NCBI GenBank assembly: GCA_963702005.1
Contig: OY969696.1
Coordinates: 3,008,001-3,072,000, forward strand
Source of the DNA: Candidatus Aminicenantes bacterium
Lineage (GTDB): Bacteria > Acidobacteriota > Aminicenantia > Aminicenantales > JAFGBC01
Length of the DNA stretch: 64,000 nucleotides
Reading direction: 5' to 3'
How positions within the stretch are numbered: the first letter of the stretch is position 1; each line of letters opens with the position of its first letter. The position numbers were made by a program, and so were the translations under genes. The notes beneath the pieces are model-generated. The model was not told the origin of the DNA. It worked only from the letters and a program-made list of their open reading frames with translations, and searched no databases. Shown piece by piece: positions 1 to 10,286 of the stretch.

Positions 1-221
1 GCGGCCACGATAAGGTCCTGGAGCATCTCGATGTCGTCGCGGTTGACGACCTCGGGGTCGAGCCGGATTCCAAGGATGTTCTTATGGCCGTCGATGGTGA
101 CGACGACCATGCCGCCCCCGCTCGTCCCCTCCAGCCGGAGCTCGGCGAGCTCCTTCTGCATCTTTTCTTGCATCTCCTTGGCGGACTGGAGCATCTTCTG
201 GAGATGTCCCAGGTTCTTCAT
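1..221 (-). CDS. ybaB: YbaB/EbfC nucleoid-associated protein (3' end outside window)
   Basis: Manual translation [59 protein letters not shown]...[12 protein letters not shown]; directly downstream of dnaX. Confidence 0.93.
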   Translation of the reverse strand, partial: MKNLGHLQKMLQSAKEMQEKMQKELAELRLEGTSGGGMVVVTIDGHKNILGIRLDPEVVNRDDIEMLQDLIVA

Positions 222-222
222 A

Positions 223-1665
223 TCAGTCCTCCTCCTCGGGCTTGGTCATGGGCTCGACGGCGACGACCTGGGCTTTGAAGGTCGCGTCGAAGGTCCGGAA
301 GGAGGGATCCTTGAGGGCCGCCTCGAGATCGCGGGCCTTCCGAATCCGATCGCTCCCGGTATCGCGGACCGGAACGGTCCCCTCCCCGCTCCGCTCCCGG
401 GGAGGGGCCGCCGACGACGGCGGTGACGATCCGGCCCGCGGGTCGGCCGGGATATGCTCGCGAGGGCCGGGGCCGCCGGCGCCCGGGGACGTCGGGATTG
501 AAGCCCCGGATCCGGCGACGCCCAGCTCCAGCTTGAGGCCCTCCAGCTCCTCGAGCAGCTCCCCGAGGGGAACGATTCGCCGGAAATGACTGAGCCGGAT
601 GAGGGCCGTCTCGAAGCTGATCCGGGGGTGGGACGAATACTTGAGCGCGGCCTCGCCCTGCTGGAGGGCGATCAGGAAGCGGAGGATATCCTCCACGCCG
701 ACCTTTTCGGCCTCGGCCCGGAGCAGGGCCAAATCCTCCTCGCCCAAGGGGAGAAGGTCGCGCGGGTCGGGCACGATCCGGACCAGGAGCAGGTTCCGGA
801 AATGCTGAATGAGCTCCTTGTAGAAAGCCCGGAGGTCGTAGCCCCGGTCGATGACGGTTTCGACGAGCGGGAAGAGACGGTCGGAGTTCTCGCCGATGAC
901 GGCCGTCGAAAACTCCAGAAGGAGCCGGCGGTCGATCACCCCCAGGATTTCCTTGAGGGCCTCATCCCCGACCTCGTTTCCGCAGAAGGCCACGGCCTGG
1001 TCGAGCAGGCTTTCGGCGTCCCGGAGGCTCCCCTCCGAGGCCTCGGCGATCAAATGGAGCCCGGCCGGGGAGACGGCGATGCCCTCCCGGGCGGCGATCG
1101 AAGCCAGATGGTCGGCCATTTCCTTCTGGCCGATTTTGCGGAACTCGAAGTGCTGGCAGCGGGAGACGATCGTCGGCGGAACCTTGTGGAATTCGGTCGT
1201 GGCGAAGATGAAGACGGTCGAGGGCGGCGGCTCCTCGAGGGTCTTGAGGAGGGCGTTGAAGGCGGGGCCGGTCACCTGGTGAACCTCGTCGATGATGACG
1301 ACCTTGGACCGGCTCTGGATGGGCTTATAGCGGACGGCTTCGCGCAGCTGGCGGATGTCGTCGATGCCGCGATTCGAGGCGCCGTCGATCTCGAGGACGT
1401 CGAGGGCGCGGTCTTCGTTGACGGCCGTGCACGACTCGCAGACGTTGCAGGGGGTCGGGGTCGGCCCGTTGATGCAGTTCAGGGCCTTGGCCAGGATCCG
1501 GGCCGCCGTCGTCTTACCGACGCCCCTCATCCCGGAAAAGATATAGGCCTGGGCGACCCGGTTTGATTTGATCGCGTTCTGGAGGGTCTGGACGATCGAT
1601 TTCTGGCCGACGACCTCCTCGAAGGTCTTGGGCCTGTACTTGCGGGCGAATATCTCGTAGGGCAT
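223..1665 (-). CDS. dnaX: DNA polymerase III subunit gamma/tau
   Basis: [15 protein letters not shown], Walker [10 protein letters not shown], Cys cluster, [19 protein letters not shown]. Confidence 0.97.
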   Translation of the reverse strand: MPYEIFARKYRPKTFEEVVGQKSIVQTLQNAIKSNRVAQAYIFSGMRGVGKTTAARILAKALNCINGPTPTPCNVCESCTAVNEDRALDVLEIDGASNRGIDDIRQLREAVRYKPIQSRSKVVIIDEVHQVTGPAFNALLKTLEEPPPSTVFIFATTEFHKVPPTIVSRCQHFEFRKIGQKEMADHLASIAAREGIAVSPAGLHLIAEASEGSLRDAESLLDQAVAFCGNEVGDEALKEILGVIDRRLLLEFSTAVIGENSDRLFPLVETVIDRGYDLRAFYKELIQHFRNLLLVRIVPDPRDLLPLGEEDLALLRAEAEKVGVEDILRFLIALQQGEAALKYSSHPRISFETALIRLSHFRRIVPLGELLEELEGLKLELGVAGSGASIPTSPGAGGPGPREHIPADPRAGSSPPSSAAPPRERSGEGTVPVRDTGSDRIRKARDLEAALKDPSFRTFDATFKAQVVAVEPMTKPEEED

Positions 1666-1766
1666 CGAACCTTGACTCCGGGTTGGGGAGTTATATTAGC
1701 ACATTTCCGGCCCAAAACAAAAACGGGGCTTGGGACAGGCTCAGCCGATGGAGTTCGAAGGACGCG

Positions 1767-1961
1767 GCGGCTCGGACCAGGCCATTCGAGGGCACGCGGC
1801 GATTTCCCCGGCGAGGAAATCTTGCTCGCTTCGAGCCTCCGCTCCCGCCTTCGCTTCGCTCGGCGGCCCGTGCCCGCTCCGGCTCTCAGACGACCCTCTT
1901 CATGGCCTGGTGCCTCGCCGACCTCGACATGAGAATACCCGATCGACCCTTCGAAGGGCCT
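1767..1961. repeat. Dispersed ~200-bp structured repeat, copy 1 (candidate ncRNA or MITE-like element)
   Basis: Near-identical blocks shared with 5709..5911; closing stem ACCAGGCCAT(1776-1785)/ATGGCCTGGT(1902-1911) and internal hairpins. Confidence 0.85.
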
Positions 1962-2042
1962 TCTCCGCCAAATAGTCCTAATCCTACCTTGATGGAACAA
2001 GCAAAGGAAAATGATTGAGATAGCTCCCGGTGACGTTATAAT

Positions 2043-2927
2043 ATGGAAAACGCTACAGAACTTCTGATGAGCCATAAGTCGAGCCTCCTCCATGTCCACG
2101 CGGCCGTCGTATTGTTCGGGCTGGCCGGGCTGTTCGGGAAATGGCTCGCGCTCCCCCCGACTCTCATCGTCCTGGGCCGGGTCGTGTTCGGGAGCTTGGC
2201 GTTGGCCGTCGTCCTCCTCGTCACCGGCCAAGGATTCCGGGTTCGCACCGGCCAGGACGCGCTCTTATTTCTCCTTCAAGGTTTTATCCTCGCCCTTCAC
2301 TGGGTTCTGTTCTTTCGATCCATCCAGATCTCCTCAGTAGCCGTCGGGCTCCTATCCTACTCGAGTTTCCCGGTTTTTACGGTCCTCCTGGAGCCGGCCG
2401 TTTTTAAGGAGCGCCTGGACCGCCTCAACATTCTGATGGCGGGAATGTGCCTGGGCGGCATCCTGCTCATCGTCCCCCGCTTCAACCTCTCCGACGCGAC
2501 CGTGCGCGGACTGGGCTACGGCCTGGGAGCCGGCTTGACTTTCACGATACTGACCCTCATCAACAGGTTCCAGACGTCTCGTTACGGGAGCCTGGAAATA
2601 GCGCTCGGCCAGGACTTGGCGGCCGTTCTCTTTCTCAGCCCTTTTCTGCTGACTCCGCGTCCCGTATTCTCGGCCCGGACTCTTCTGCTCCTTGCCCTCC
2701 TGGGCGTATTCTGCACCGCTCTGGCCCACACCCTTTTCATAGGATCCATGAGGCGGATCAAGGCTCAAACGGCGGCCATCATCAGCTCATTGGAGCCGGT
2801 CTACGGAATGGCTGCGGCCGCCTTCCTTCTCGGAGAGAGATGGCCCCTCCGCACGATCCTGGGAGGGGCCGTTATTCTCGGGACGACGCTGATCGTGAGC
2901 CGGCGGGCCCGGGCGCGCGGCGCCTGA
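2043..2927 (+). CDS. DMT/EamA family transporter (start may be 2067)
   Basis: About 10 hydrophobic segments in two EamA-like repeats; ISSLEPVYG. Confidence 0.9.
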   Translation: MENATELLMSHKSSLLHVHAAVVLFGLAGLFGKWLALPPTLIVLGRVVFGSLALAVVLLVTGQGFRVRTGQDALLFLLQGFILALHWVLFFRSIQISSVAVGLLSYSSFPVFTVLLEPAVFKERLDRLNILMAGMCLGGILLIVPRFNLSDATVRGLGYGLGAGLTFTILTLINRFQTSRYGSLEIALGQDLAAVLFLSPFLLTPRPVFSARTLLLLALLGVFCTALAHTLFIGSMRRIKAQTAAIISSLEPVYGMAAAAFLLGERWPLRTILGGAVILGTTLIVSRRARARGA

Positions 2928-2941
2928 GCGCGCCGTCGGCT

Positions 2942-4090
2942 TCAGTCCTTTTTAAGCTTCCGCTTCTTGACCTTATCCTCTTCGGCTTTATGCCGTTTGT
3001 CGAGCTCCTCTTTCTCGGCTTCGTGGCGCTTCTTGAGCTCGACGACCTTGTCCTGGATTTCCTTCTCGATTTTCTGCTTCTCCGGCTCGCTGGGCGCCTT
3101 CTTGACGTCTTCTTCGACCTTCCTCCTCATGAGGCCGAGCTCTTCCTCTTGGCTCCTCTCGAGAAGGCGGGTTTCGTCCCGCTGGTCCTCCTTGAGCTCG
3201 TCCTCCTCGGAGAGGAGGACTTTCCGGTCGCCGCGCAGAGGCCGGTTTCTGATCTCTTGACCCGCTTCTTCCTTGCTGATGACGCGCCGCGGCTTGGCCT
3301 GGTCGTTCTTGAGGAGCTCGGGGCGGTAGATCTCGACCTCGCGCGGGCCGAGCCGGGCCTGTCCGGGCTGCCGGGCGTCCCTCAAGTCGTACTTGACGAC
3401 TTCGTTCCGGGTCGCGCGCCGGATCTGGTCGATATCGATGCCCTCGTTCACGATCCGGCTGTTGCGATAGACGATGTTCGTCTTGATGACGGTATAGTGA
3501 ATGATCGTGATGTTCCGCTCATAAGGAAGGACGTAGCGTCCGAGGTCGGCATCGAGGAAATAGCGGCCGTCGATGAAGAGCCAGTAATAATCCGGGACGT
3601 CGTCCACGTAAATCATGCCGCCGCGCCAGGCCGCGCCCGGGGGAAGGGGCGCCCATCCGTAATAGAGATCGCCCCAGCGCCAGGCGACCCAGGCCGGCCC
3701 CCAAACCGTGTCGGGAACCCAGAACCAGCCCATGTCACGGTCCCAGCCCCAACGGCCGTAGTGGAAGGGGATCCAGCCCCACTCGAAGGCCGAGATCCAG
3801 GTCCAGCCATAATCGGTCCAGACCCAGCGGCCGTGGGTATAGGGACGCCAGCGATAGGGAACGCCCCGCGGAACCCAGACGTTGCCGAAGGGCGCGTTCC
3901 AAACCCAATCGCCGTACTCCGAGAGATAATCGTAGAAATAGGAGATGTCACGGTTGCGGCCGTAGCTGTAATCCTCGCGGTCCCGAGAGGTCGCCCGCTG
4001 GGGACCGGAGTAGTCGTCCCTGGGGACATAGATGACGCAGCCCGCCAGGAACAGGACAAGGATGACGGCGATCCAGATCATGCGTTTCAT
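2942..4090 (-). CDS. Lipoprotein with Trp/Tyr/Gly-rich DUF6600-like domain and charged coiled-coil tail
   Basis: Lipobox LAGC; YDYLSEYGDWVW...WRPYTHGRWVWTDYGWTW; E/K-rich C-terminus. Confidence 0.8.
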   Translation of the reverse strand: MKRMIWIAVILVLFLAGCVIYVPRDDYSGPQRATSRDREDYSYGRNRDISYFYDYLSEYGDWVWNAPFGNVWVPRGVPYRWRPYTHGRWVWTDYGWTWISAFEWGWIPFHYGRWGWDRDMGWFWVPDTVWGPAWVAWRWGDLYYGWAPLPPGAAWRGGMIYVDDVPDYYWLFIDGRYFLDADLGRYVLPYERNITIIHYTVIKTNIVYRNSRIVNEGIDIDQIRRATRNEVVKYDLRDARQPGQARLGPREVEIYRPELLKNDQAKPRRVISKEEAGQEIRNRPLRGDRKVLLSEEDELKEDQRDETRLLERSQEEELGLMRRKVEEDVKKAPSEPEKQKIEKEIQDKVVELKKRHEAEKEELDKRHKAEEDKVKKRKLKKD

Positions 4091-4144
4091 GGCCTTGTGC
4101 CTCCCTGCTTATCGATTCTCATAGACTTCACAATTTATTATATA

Positions 4145-4160
4145 GCAAAAGCCATGCCAA
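4145..4160 (-). promoter_or_regulatory. Sigma-54 (-24/-12) promoter
   Basis: TTGGCATGGCTTTTGC on minus strand, ~55 bp upstream of the ATG at 4090. Confidence 0.7.
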
Positions 4161-4284
4161 ATGATCTAGGGGAAGAATTCAGGGGAGGAAGAGACACGGA
4201 ACCCGGCGCTGTCCTCCTTGGAGGACAGCCAGCTGTCCGCACGGCCACAGAATGCCCGGACGCTTTTTTATCGAACCGCTATCG

Positions 4285-5493
4285 TCAGGCCGCAAGGTCC
4301 TTGAAGACCTTTTTAATCCGCTTGAAGGCCCAGTTGAGGTCCTTCTCGGAAATGATGAGCGGGGGCGCGAAGCGGATGACGTGGTCGTGAGTCTCTTTGC
4401 AGAGCAGCCCCTCGTTCTTGAAGGCTTCACAGAAGCGGCGGGCGCCGCCGGCCTCGGGATGAAGCTCGATCCCGATCAGCAGGCCCCGGCCCCGGACTTC
4501 CTTGATGTGTTTGCTCTTGATGGTCTTGAGCTTCTCCATGAAGTAGGCGCCCTGGGCGGCCGCCCTGGCGACGAGATTCTCCTCCTGGATGACCCGGATC
4601 GCCTCGCGGGCGACAGCGCAGGCCAGGGGATTCCCGCCGAAGGTCGAGCCGTGCTCGCCCGGCTTTAAGACGCCCAGGATCTCCCGCGTCGAGCAGACGG
4701 CCGAGATCGGGATACAGCCGCCGCCCAGCGATTTCCCGATGACGACCATGTCGGGCTTAACCTCTTCATACTCGCAGGCGAAGAGCTTCCCGACCCGGCC
4801 CAGGCCGGTCTGAATCTCGTCGGCGATGAACAGGACATTGTGCTTGGTACAGATGTCCCGGACGGCCTTGAGGTAGCCGGCGGGCGGAATGAGGATTCCG
4901 GCCTCAGCCTGGATGGGCTCAACGATGATGGCCGCCGTGTTGGGAGTGATGGCCGCCTCGAAGGCCGCCGCATCTCCGAAGGGGATGATCTTGAATCCCG
5001 GCGTAAACGGCCCGAAGTCCCGGCGATAGAGGGGCTCGGTCGAGAAGCTGATGAGGGAGACGGTCCGGCCGTGGAAGTTGTTCGCGCAGGCGATGATTTC
5101 GGCCTGGTCCTGTGGAACGCCCTTCTTCTGGTAGGCCCATTTGCGGGCCGTCTTGACCGCCGTCTCGACGGCTTCGGCGCCCGAGTTCATGGGCAGCATC
5201 ATCTCGAACCCGGTCAGGTCGCAGAGCTCCTTGTCGAGGAACGGGAGTTGGTCGTTCCGGAAGGCGCGCGAAGTCAGGGTGATTCGCTTGGCCTGCTGGA
5301 CGAGGGCCTTGATGATCCTGGGATGACAGTGGCCCTGGTTGAGGGCCGAATAGGAGCTCAGGAAGTCGAGATACTTCCGACCTTCGACGTCCCAGACCCA
5401 AATGCCTTTCGACTGGCTGATGACAACGTCCAGGGGATGATAGTTATGAGCCCCGTATAGGTCCTCGAGAGTGATCAGGTCTTTGCTGTCCAT
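4285..5493 (-). CDS. rocD: Ornithine--oxo-acid aminotransferase
   Basis: YGAHNYHPL, NSGAEAVE, NFHGRT, DEIQTGLGR, GKSLGGG, HGSTFGGNPLACA. Confidence 0.95.
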   Translation of the reverse strand: MDSKDLITLEDLYGAHNYHPLDVVISQSKGIWVWDVEGRKYLDFLSSYSALNQGHCHPRIIKALVQQAKRITLTSRAFRNDQLPFLDKELCDLTGFEMMLPMNSGAEAVETAVKTARKWAYQKKGVPQDQAEIIACANNFHGRTVSLISFSTEPLYRRDFGPFTPGFKIIPFGDAAAFEAAITPNTAAIIVEPIQAEAGILIPPAGYLKAVRDICTKHNVLFIADEIQTGLGRVGKLFACEYEEVKPDMVVIGKSLGGGCIPISAVCSTREILGVLKPGEHGSTFGGNPLACAVAREAIRVIQEENLVARAAAQGAYFMEKLKTIKSKHIKEVRGRGLLIGIELHPEAGGARRFCEAFKNEGLLCKETHDHVIRFAPPLIISEKDLNWAFKRIKKVFKDLAA

Positions 5494-5547
5494 GCGACGC
5501 TCCCTCCAGGTCTCCGCGACGGCCGTCCGGCGGGTTCATTATTTCAA

Positions 5548-5642
<95 letters not shown>

Positions 5643-5708
5643 ACGTCCATAAAATCAAGGATCCGCAGTGAAGGACTAAGCTATCAAAAAACCGGAATCA
5701 GGTCAAAT

Positions 5709-5911
5709 GCGGCTCGGCCCAGGCCGTTCGAGGGCACACTTCGATTTCCCCAGCGAGGAAATCTTGCTCGCTTCGAGCCTCCGCTCCCGATTTGAAGACT
5801 AGCGTCCCCAAATCGGACCATGCCCGCTCCGGCTCTCAGACGACCCTCTTCATGGCCTGGTGCCTCGCCGACCTAGGAAATAGAATGCCTGATCGACCCT
5901 GCGTAGGGCCT
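5709..5911. repeat. Dispersed ~200-bp structured repeat, copy 2
   Basis: Same orientation and blocks as 1767..1961, with a different central hairpin; overlaps the hom stop codon. Confidence 0.85.
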
Positions 5912-6964
5912 CTTCACCCCAGCGCCTCTCGCTATATGGATATGGATGATATCCTTGAGGAGGGCGGCGGCCGCGCCGCGCGGGTCGGACTTGCCGCCGC
6001 TGACGGTTACCGCCCCCATCGTGTCCGTCGTGAAGGTAATGCCCTTGCTCGTGTCCCGTACCCCGAAAAGCGGATGTTCCGGCTCCAGGACGGCCGGGCC
6101 GACCCTGAGCGTCCAGCCGCTTCCCGCCTCGGCCTTTGAGCAGCTGCCCAAGAGCTTGACGGTCCTACCCTGCCCGGCCACGGCGCGAATGACGGTCTCG
6201 CTCTCCGGGCCGATCCCGTCGACCCGGACTTCCCCGAGGTCGAAAGCCGTCTCGAGCACGGCATTGGCGATGAGGACGAGCTTGCAGGCCGTGTCCCAGC
6301 CCCCTACGTCGAGAGACGGGTCCGGCTCGGCGATGCCCTTGGCTTGCGCCTCTTCAACGGCGCGGCCGTAGCTCAAGCCCTCTTCCATCCTGGTCAGGAT
6401 GTAGTTTGAGGTTCCGTTGAGAACCCCCTCGATTTTCAAGACCTCGGCTCCGGCCAGCGACATGACCCCGACATCCAGCGTCGGCAATGCGGCGGCCGTC
6501 GCAGCGCTGTAGCGGATCTCGACTCCGGCCCGCCGGGCCGCTTCCTTGAGACCGGTATAATCCCGTACCAACGGCCCCTTGCCCGCCGTCGCGACGTTCC
6601 AGCCCTTGGCCAGGGCTTCGCGGATGATGCCCAGGCCCGGCTCTCCGCTCCGGATGGACGAGGGCGTGCAATCCACGAGCACTCCGGGCCTTCCCTTTCC
6701 CAAGACATCCGTAAGCGTGGTCCCCTTCGCCCAAGCGCCGGGCCGGGCGGTCGGCTCCTCCGCCTCCGCGGCCAAGGAAGCGCCGTCCAAGCCTCCCTGG
6801 GAATAGAGTATGCCGCTCTTCCTGACGATGGCGACCAGCCTCAATCGAAGTCCATAGCGGGACCGCAGCGGCGCCGCTTTCTCGGCCGCGATCCGGGCAA
6901 AGGCCCTGCCGACGTGGCCGAAGCCGGCCAGAATGATCGCGACGTCCTTATCGTTTTCGGTCAT
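5873..6964 (-). CDS. hom: Homoserine dehydrogenase (no ACT domain)
   Basis: GFGHVG, ATAGKGP, EGVLNGTSNYIL, GIAEPDPSLDVGGWDTACK. Confidence 0.92.
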   Translation of the reverse strand: MTENDKDVAIILAGFGHVGRAFARIAAEKAAPLRSRYGLRLRLVAIVRKSGILYSQGGLDGASLAAEAEEPTARPGAWAKGTTLTDVLGKGRPGVLVDCTPSSIRSGEPGLGIIREALAKGWNVATAGKGPLVRDYTGLKEAARRAGVEIRYSAATAAALPTLDVGVMSLAGAEVLKIEGVLNGTSNYILTRMEEGLSYGRAVEEAQAKGIAEPDPSLDVGGWDTACKLVLIANAVLETAFDLGEVRVDGIGPESETVIRAVAGQGRTVKLLGSCSKAEAGSGWTLRVGPAVLEPEHPLFGVRDTSKGITFTTDTMGAVTVSGGKSDPRGAAAALLKDIIHIHIARGAGVKRPYAGSIRHSIS

Positions 6965-8354
6965 GGATCGTTTCCCTGTCGCTCTTCCCCCGAGCCAGCG
7001 AGGCGAAGACCCCCAAGAAGCAAAGAAAGGCGAAGACGATGAAGGCGACTCTCAGGCTGACCAGGAACCGGCCGTAGAAGGCCGGGGTGATCCGGGCTTG
7101 GCCGATGGCGACCGAAAACAGCATCATGACGATCGCCAGACTCAGCATCTGCCCCACCAAGCGCATCGTCCCCAGCGTCGCCGAGGCGACTCCATAATGC
7201 TTTTTCTCGACGGAGCACATGACGGCGTTCGTGTTCGGAGACGAGAACAGAGCGAACCCGAAGCCGACCAGCAGCAGGCCGGCGACGATGGAGGCGAGCG
7301 CCGTGCCTTCCGTCACGAAGGCGAAAACAAGAAGGCCGAGGCTCGACAGGGCCATGCCCGCCGAGGCCAGGATGCGCGGGTCCCTACGGTCGGAGAGCTT
7401 CCCGGCCAAGGGAGAAAAAGCGGCCATGACGACGGGTTGCGCGACCAGGACCAGGCCCGCGGCCTGGGGGCTCATCCCCTTGATATATTGGAGATAGAGG
7501 CTCACCAGGAAGCTCAAAGCCGACGTGGCGCAGTAGTTTATGAGGGCGGCCAGGTTGGAAAAGCCGTAAACCCGGTTCCGGATCATGAGCCGGACGTCGA
7601 ATACGGGCATGGCGACCCTTTTTTCCAACACGACGAAGACCACCGCGCCGACTGTTCCGGCCAGGGTCATTCCGATTCCCAGGCCGGTAGGAAGCCGGGA
7701 AAACCCGAACATGAGGGCCAGGAGCGTCAAGGCAAAGAAAGCCGACCCGGCCAGGTCGAACGTCTCGCCGCGCGCCTCGGCCCACTCCCCTTTGAAATGC
7801 CAGGCCACCAGCGCGATGATCAGGAGGCCGATCGGAACCTGGGTCCAGAATAAGCTCCGCCAGCCGAAATACTGGGTCAGGATGCCTCCGACGACCGGAC
7901 CGAGCGACAAGCCCAAATAGACGGCCGCCGTGTTGATTCCCAGCGCCCGGCCTCGTTCGCCGGGCGGGAAGACCGAGGTCAGGAGCGCGACCGCCGTCCC
8001 GAAAATCATGGCCCCCCCCAGGCCTTGGCCGACCCGGAAGGCGATCAGGATCGCGGCCGAGGGCGATAGGGCCAGAACCGCCGAGGCGACCGTATAGATC
8101 ACGATGCCCCAGGCGAAGATTTTTTTGCGGCCGATGAGATCGGCGAGCCGGCCCATCGGCACCAGAGATATGGCGGCGGCAAGTATATAAGCGGAAGCCA
8201 CCCAGCCCAGCCGGACGGCGTTCAGGGAAAATTCCCGTCCTATCGAAGGGAGGGCCAGGTTCAGGGACGAGCCCATGAAGGGCGTCAGAAACGAAGCCAA
8301 GGCCGTAATGATGAGGGCCGAGCGCCGGGTCAGAGCCAGGGCCGGCGACGAAAC
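6948..8354 (-). CDS. MFS transporter, DHA2/EmrB-like 14-TM (start codon uncertain)
   Basis: GRLADLIGRKK motif A, GPVVGG, SSPNTNAVM; the ORF-track extension to 8432 overlaps tRNA-Ser and is not credible. Confidence 0.88.
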   Translation of the reverse strand, partial: VSSPALALTRRSALIITALASFLTPFMGSSLNLALPSIGREFSLNAVRLGWVASAYILAAAISLVPMGRLADLIGRKKIFAWGIVIYTVASAVLALSPSAAILIAFRVGQGLGGAMIFGTAVALLTSVFPPGERGRALGINTAAVYLGLSLGPVVGGILTQYFGWRSLFWTQVPIGLLIIALVAWHFKGEWAEARGETFDLAGSAFFALTLLALMFGFSRLPTGLGIGMTLAGTVGAVVFVVLEKRVAMPVFDVRLMIRNRVYGFSNLAALINYCATSALSFLVSLYLQYIKGMSPQAAGLVLVAQPVVMAAFSPLAGKLSDRRDPRILASAGMALSSLGLLVFAFVTEGTALASIVAGLLLVGFGFALFSSPNTNAVMCSVEKKHYGVASATLGTMRLVGQMLSLAIVMMLFSVAIGQARITPAFYGRFLVSLRVAFIVFAFLCFLGVFASLARGKSDRETIHDRKR

Positions 8355-8446
8355 TGGCGGAGAGGGCGGGATTCGAACCCGCGATTCCGATTGCTCAGAA
8401 TAACGGTTTTCGAGACCGTCGCCTTCAACCACTCGGCCACCTCTCC
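8355..8446 (-). tRNA. tRNA-Ser(CGA)
   Basis: Anticodon arm ACGGT-CTCGAAA-ACCGT, long variable arm, T-loop GGTTCGAATCC, encoded CCA. Confidence 0.97.
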
Positions 8447-8490
8447 GCTAAACGCCATATCATATCATATTTGACAAGAGCCGTCGCCGT

Positions 8491-8961
8491 TCAGGAGGAC
8501 GAACGGCCGGGGCGATGTCTTTTCGCCTTGAAGAACTCCTTGAGGGCCCGGCCGCAGGCAGGGGCGAGGATCCCGCCCCGGACCTCGATGCGATGGTTGA
8601 CCTTATCGAACGGAAAGACGAGCGCAGACTCTACGGCTCCGGCTTTGGGATCGGGCGCGCCGTAGACGATCCTCCGGATCCGGGCCTGGATCGCGGCGCC
8701 CAAACACATCGCGCAGGGCTCGATCGTGACATAGAGGTCGCAGCCGGCGAGGCGGTAGTTGCCGGTTCGCCGGGCGGCCCGCCGTATCGCGACGACCTCG
8801 GCGTGGGCGGTCGGATCCGTAGCGCCGATCATTCGGTTGCGGCCGCGGGCGATAATCCGGCCTGCGGAGACGACGACGGCGCCTACCGGGACTTCATCCT
8901 TCCGGCTCGCCTTGATGGCTTCGGCCAGCGCCGCCTTCATGAAAATCTCATCCCGATCCAT
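8491..8961 (-). CDS. tadA: tRNA adenosine(34) deaminase
   Basis: EVPVGAV, DPTAHAE, EPCAMC, DPKAGA. Confidence 0.95.
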   Translation of the reverse strand: MDRDEIFMKAALAEAIKASRKDEVPVGAVVVSAGRIIARGRNRMIGATDPTAHAEVVAIRRAARRTGNYRLAGCDLYVTIEPCAMCLGAAIQARIRRIVYGAPDPKAGAVESALVFPFDKVNHRIEVRGGILAPACGRALKEFFKAKRHRPGRSSS

Positions 8962-9080
8962 GGCGGTCCTTCGAGGGCCATTGTATCGTCCGGCCGGCCG
9001 GTTTTCAACCCGGGGACGGAGCTTTACAGCCCGGCCCCCCTCGCCTTAAACTGGGGAGGATTCCATCCCGGGAGACAGTC

Positions 9081-10286
9081 ATGGACCAACTTGAATGCCT
9101 CTTTTGCAGCAAGGCTTTCGTCTACGATCCCTTCTCTCCTTTCTGCCCGGACTGCCGAGAACCGCTCCTCGTCGCCTCGCCCAAAACGCCGTGCGCCTTT
9201 CATCCCGATAAAAGCCTGTCGCTCGAACGTTTCCGGGAATTCCTCCCCCTCCCCGAGATCGACCCCGGCCTCAGCCTGGGCGAAGGCTCGACTCCCCTCC
9301 TCGCCCTCGGCCGTCTCTCGAAGCGCTTCGAACTCCCCGCCCTCTACGCCAAGAACGAGACCATGAATCCGACCCAAAGCTTTAAGGATCGGGGAACGGC
9401 CGTCGCCGTCCAAAACGCGCGGCGGCTGGGATTCAAGCGGATCGGGACGGTTTCAACCGGCAACATGGCGGCGTCGACGGCCGCCTACGGGGCGCGGGCC
9501 GGGCTGGAGACTTTCGTCCTGCTTAAGGACGGGACGCCCGAAGAAAACATCCTGATGGCCGGGGTTCATCATCCTCATCTGCTCGTCATCGAGGGCGATT
9601 ATGGGCGGCTCTTCTATGAAAGCCTGTCCCTGGGCCGCAAGCATCGGATTTTCTTCATGAACTCGATCGACCCCTTCCGCATCGAAGGCTACAAGCTTAC
9701 CGGCTTCGAGATCTTCCTTCAGCTGGGAGGCCGGGTCCCCGATTACCTCGTTGTGCCCCTCAGCTCGGGCGGGCATCTCGTCGGGCTTCTCAAATCCTTC
9801 CTGGAGCTCAAAGAACTGGGGTTCGCGGACCGGATCCCCGTCGTCGTCGGCGTTCAGGCCGAGGGTTGCGCTCCTCTGGCCCGGGCCTTTGCGGCCGGAG
9901 CGTCCCGTTTCAGCGTCTTCGAAAATCCGCGGACGATCGCCCACGCTATTTCCAATCCCCATCCCCCGGCCGGGGCTCTCGTCCTGAAGATGATGAAGGA
10001 ACGGGGAGGGCTCATCACCGCGGTTTCCGACCGGGACATGCTGGAAGCCCAGGAGCTCCTCGCCGCGGATGGCCTGTTCTGTCAGCCCGACTCGGCGACG
10101 ACGCTGGCGGCGCTCATTAAGCTCGGCCGGACCAAGGCTCTCGACCCCGACGGCGCGGCCGTCCTCGTCATCACGGGAAGCGGCCTCAAGAATCTCAAGG
10201 TCTTGGAAGCTTCGCGTCTGCCGCGGCGGAGGGTGACGCTGGCGGGATTGGCGGGCGCCTTGGCCGGAAGGACGGCCGAGGTTTAA
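9081..10286 (+). CDS. thrC: Threonine synthase
   Basis: N-terminal CxxC...CxxC, SLGEGSTP, NPTQSFKDRG, STGNMAAS, ITGSGLK. Confidence 0.9.
   Translation: MDQLECLFCSKAFVYDPFSPFCPDCREPLLVASPKTPCAFHPDKSLSLERFREFLPLPEIDPGLSLGEGSTPLLALGRLSKRFELPALYAKNETMNPTQSFKDRGTAVAVQNARRLGFKRIGTVSTGNMAASTAAYGARAGLETFVLLKDGTPEENILMAGVHHPHLLVIEGDYGRLFYESLSLGRKHRIFFMNSIDPFRIEGYKLTGFEIFLQLGGRVPDYLVVPLSSGGHLVGLLKSFLELKELGFADRIPVVVGVQAEGCAPLARAFAAGASRFSVFENPRTIAHAISNPHPPAGALVLKMMKERGGLITAVSDRDMLEAQELLAADGLFCQPDSATTLAALIKLGRTKALDPDGAAVLVITGSGLKNLKVLEASRLPRRRVTLAGLAGALAGRTAEV

Noticed and set aside
223-1665. Programmed -1 frameshift in dnaX (gamma/tau)
   Set aside because: No A-AAA-AAG or long A-run slippery site was seen
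1666-2040. SRP RNA (ffs), often found upstream of dnaX
   Set aside because: No CAGG-N-GRAA-N-AGCAG domain IV motif on either strand; the structured repeat here does not match it
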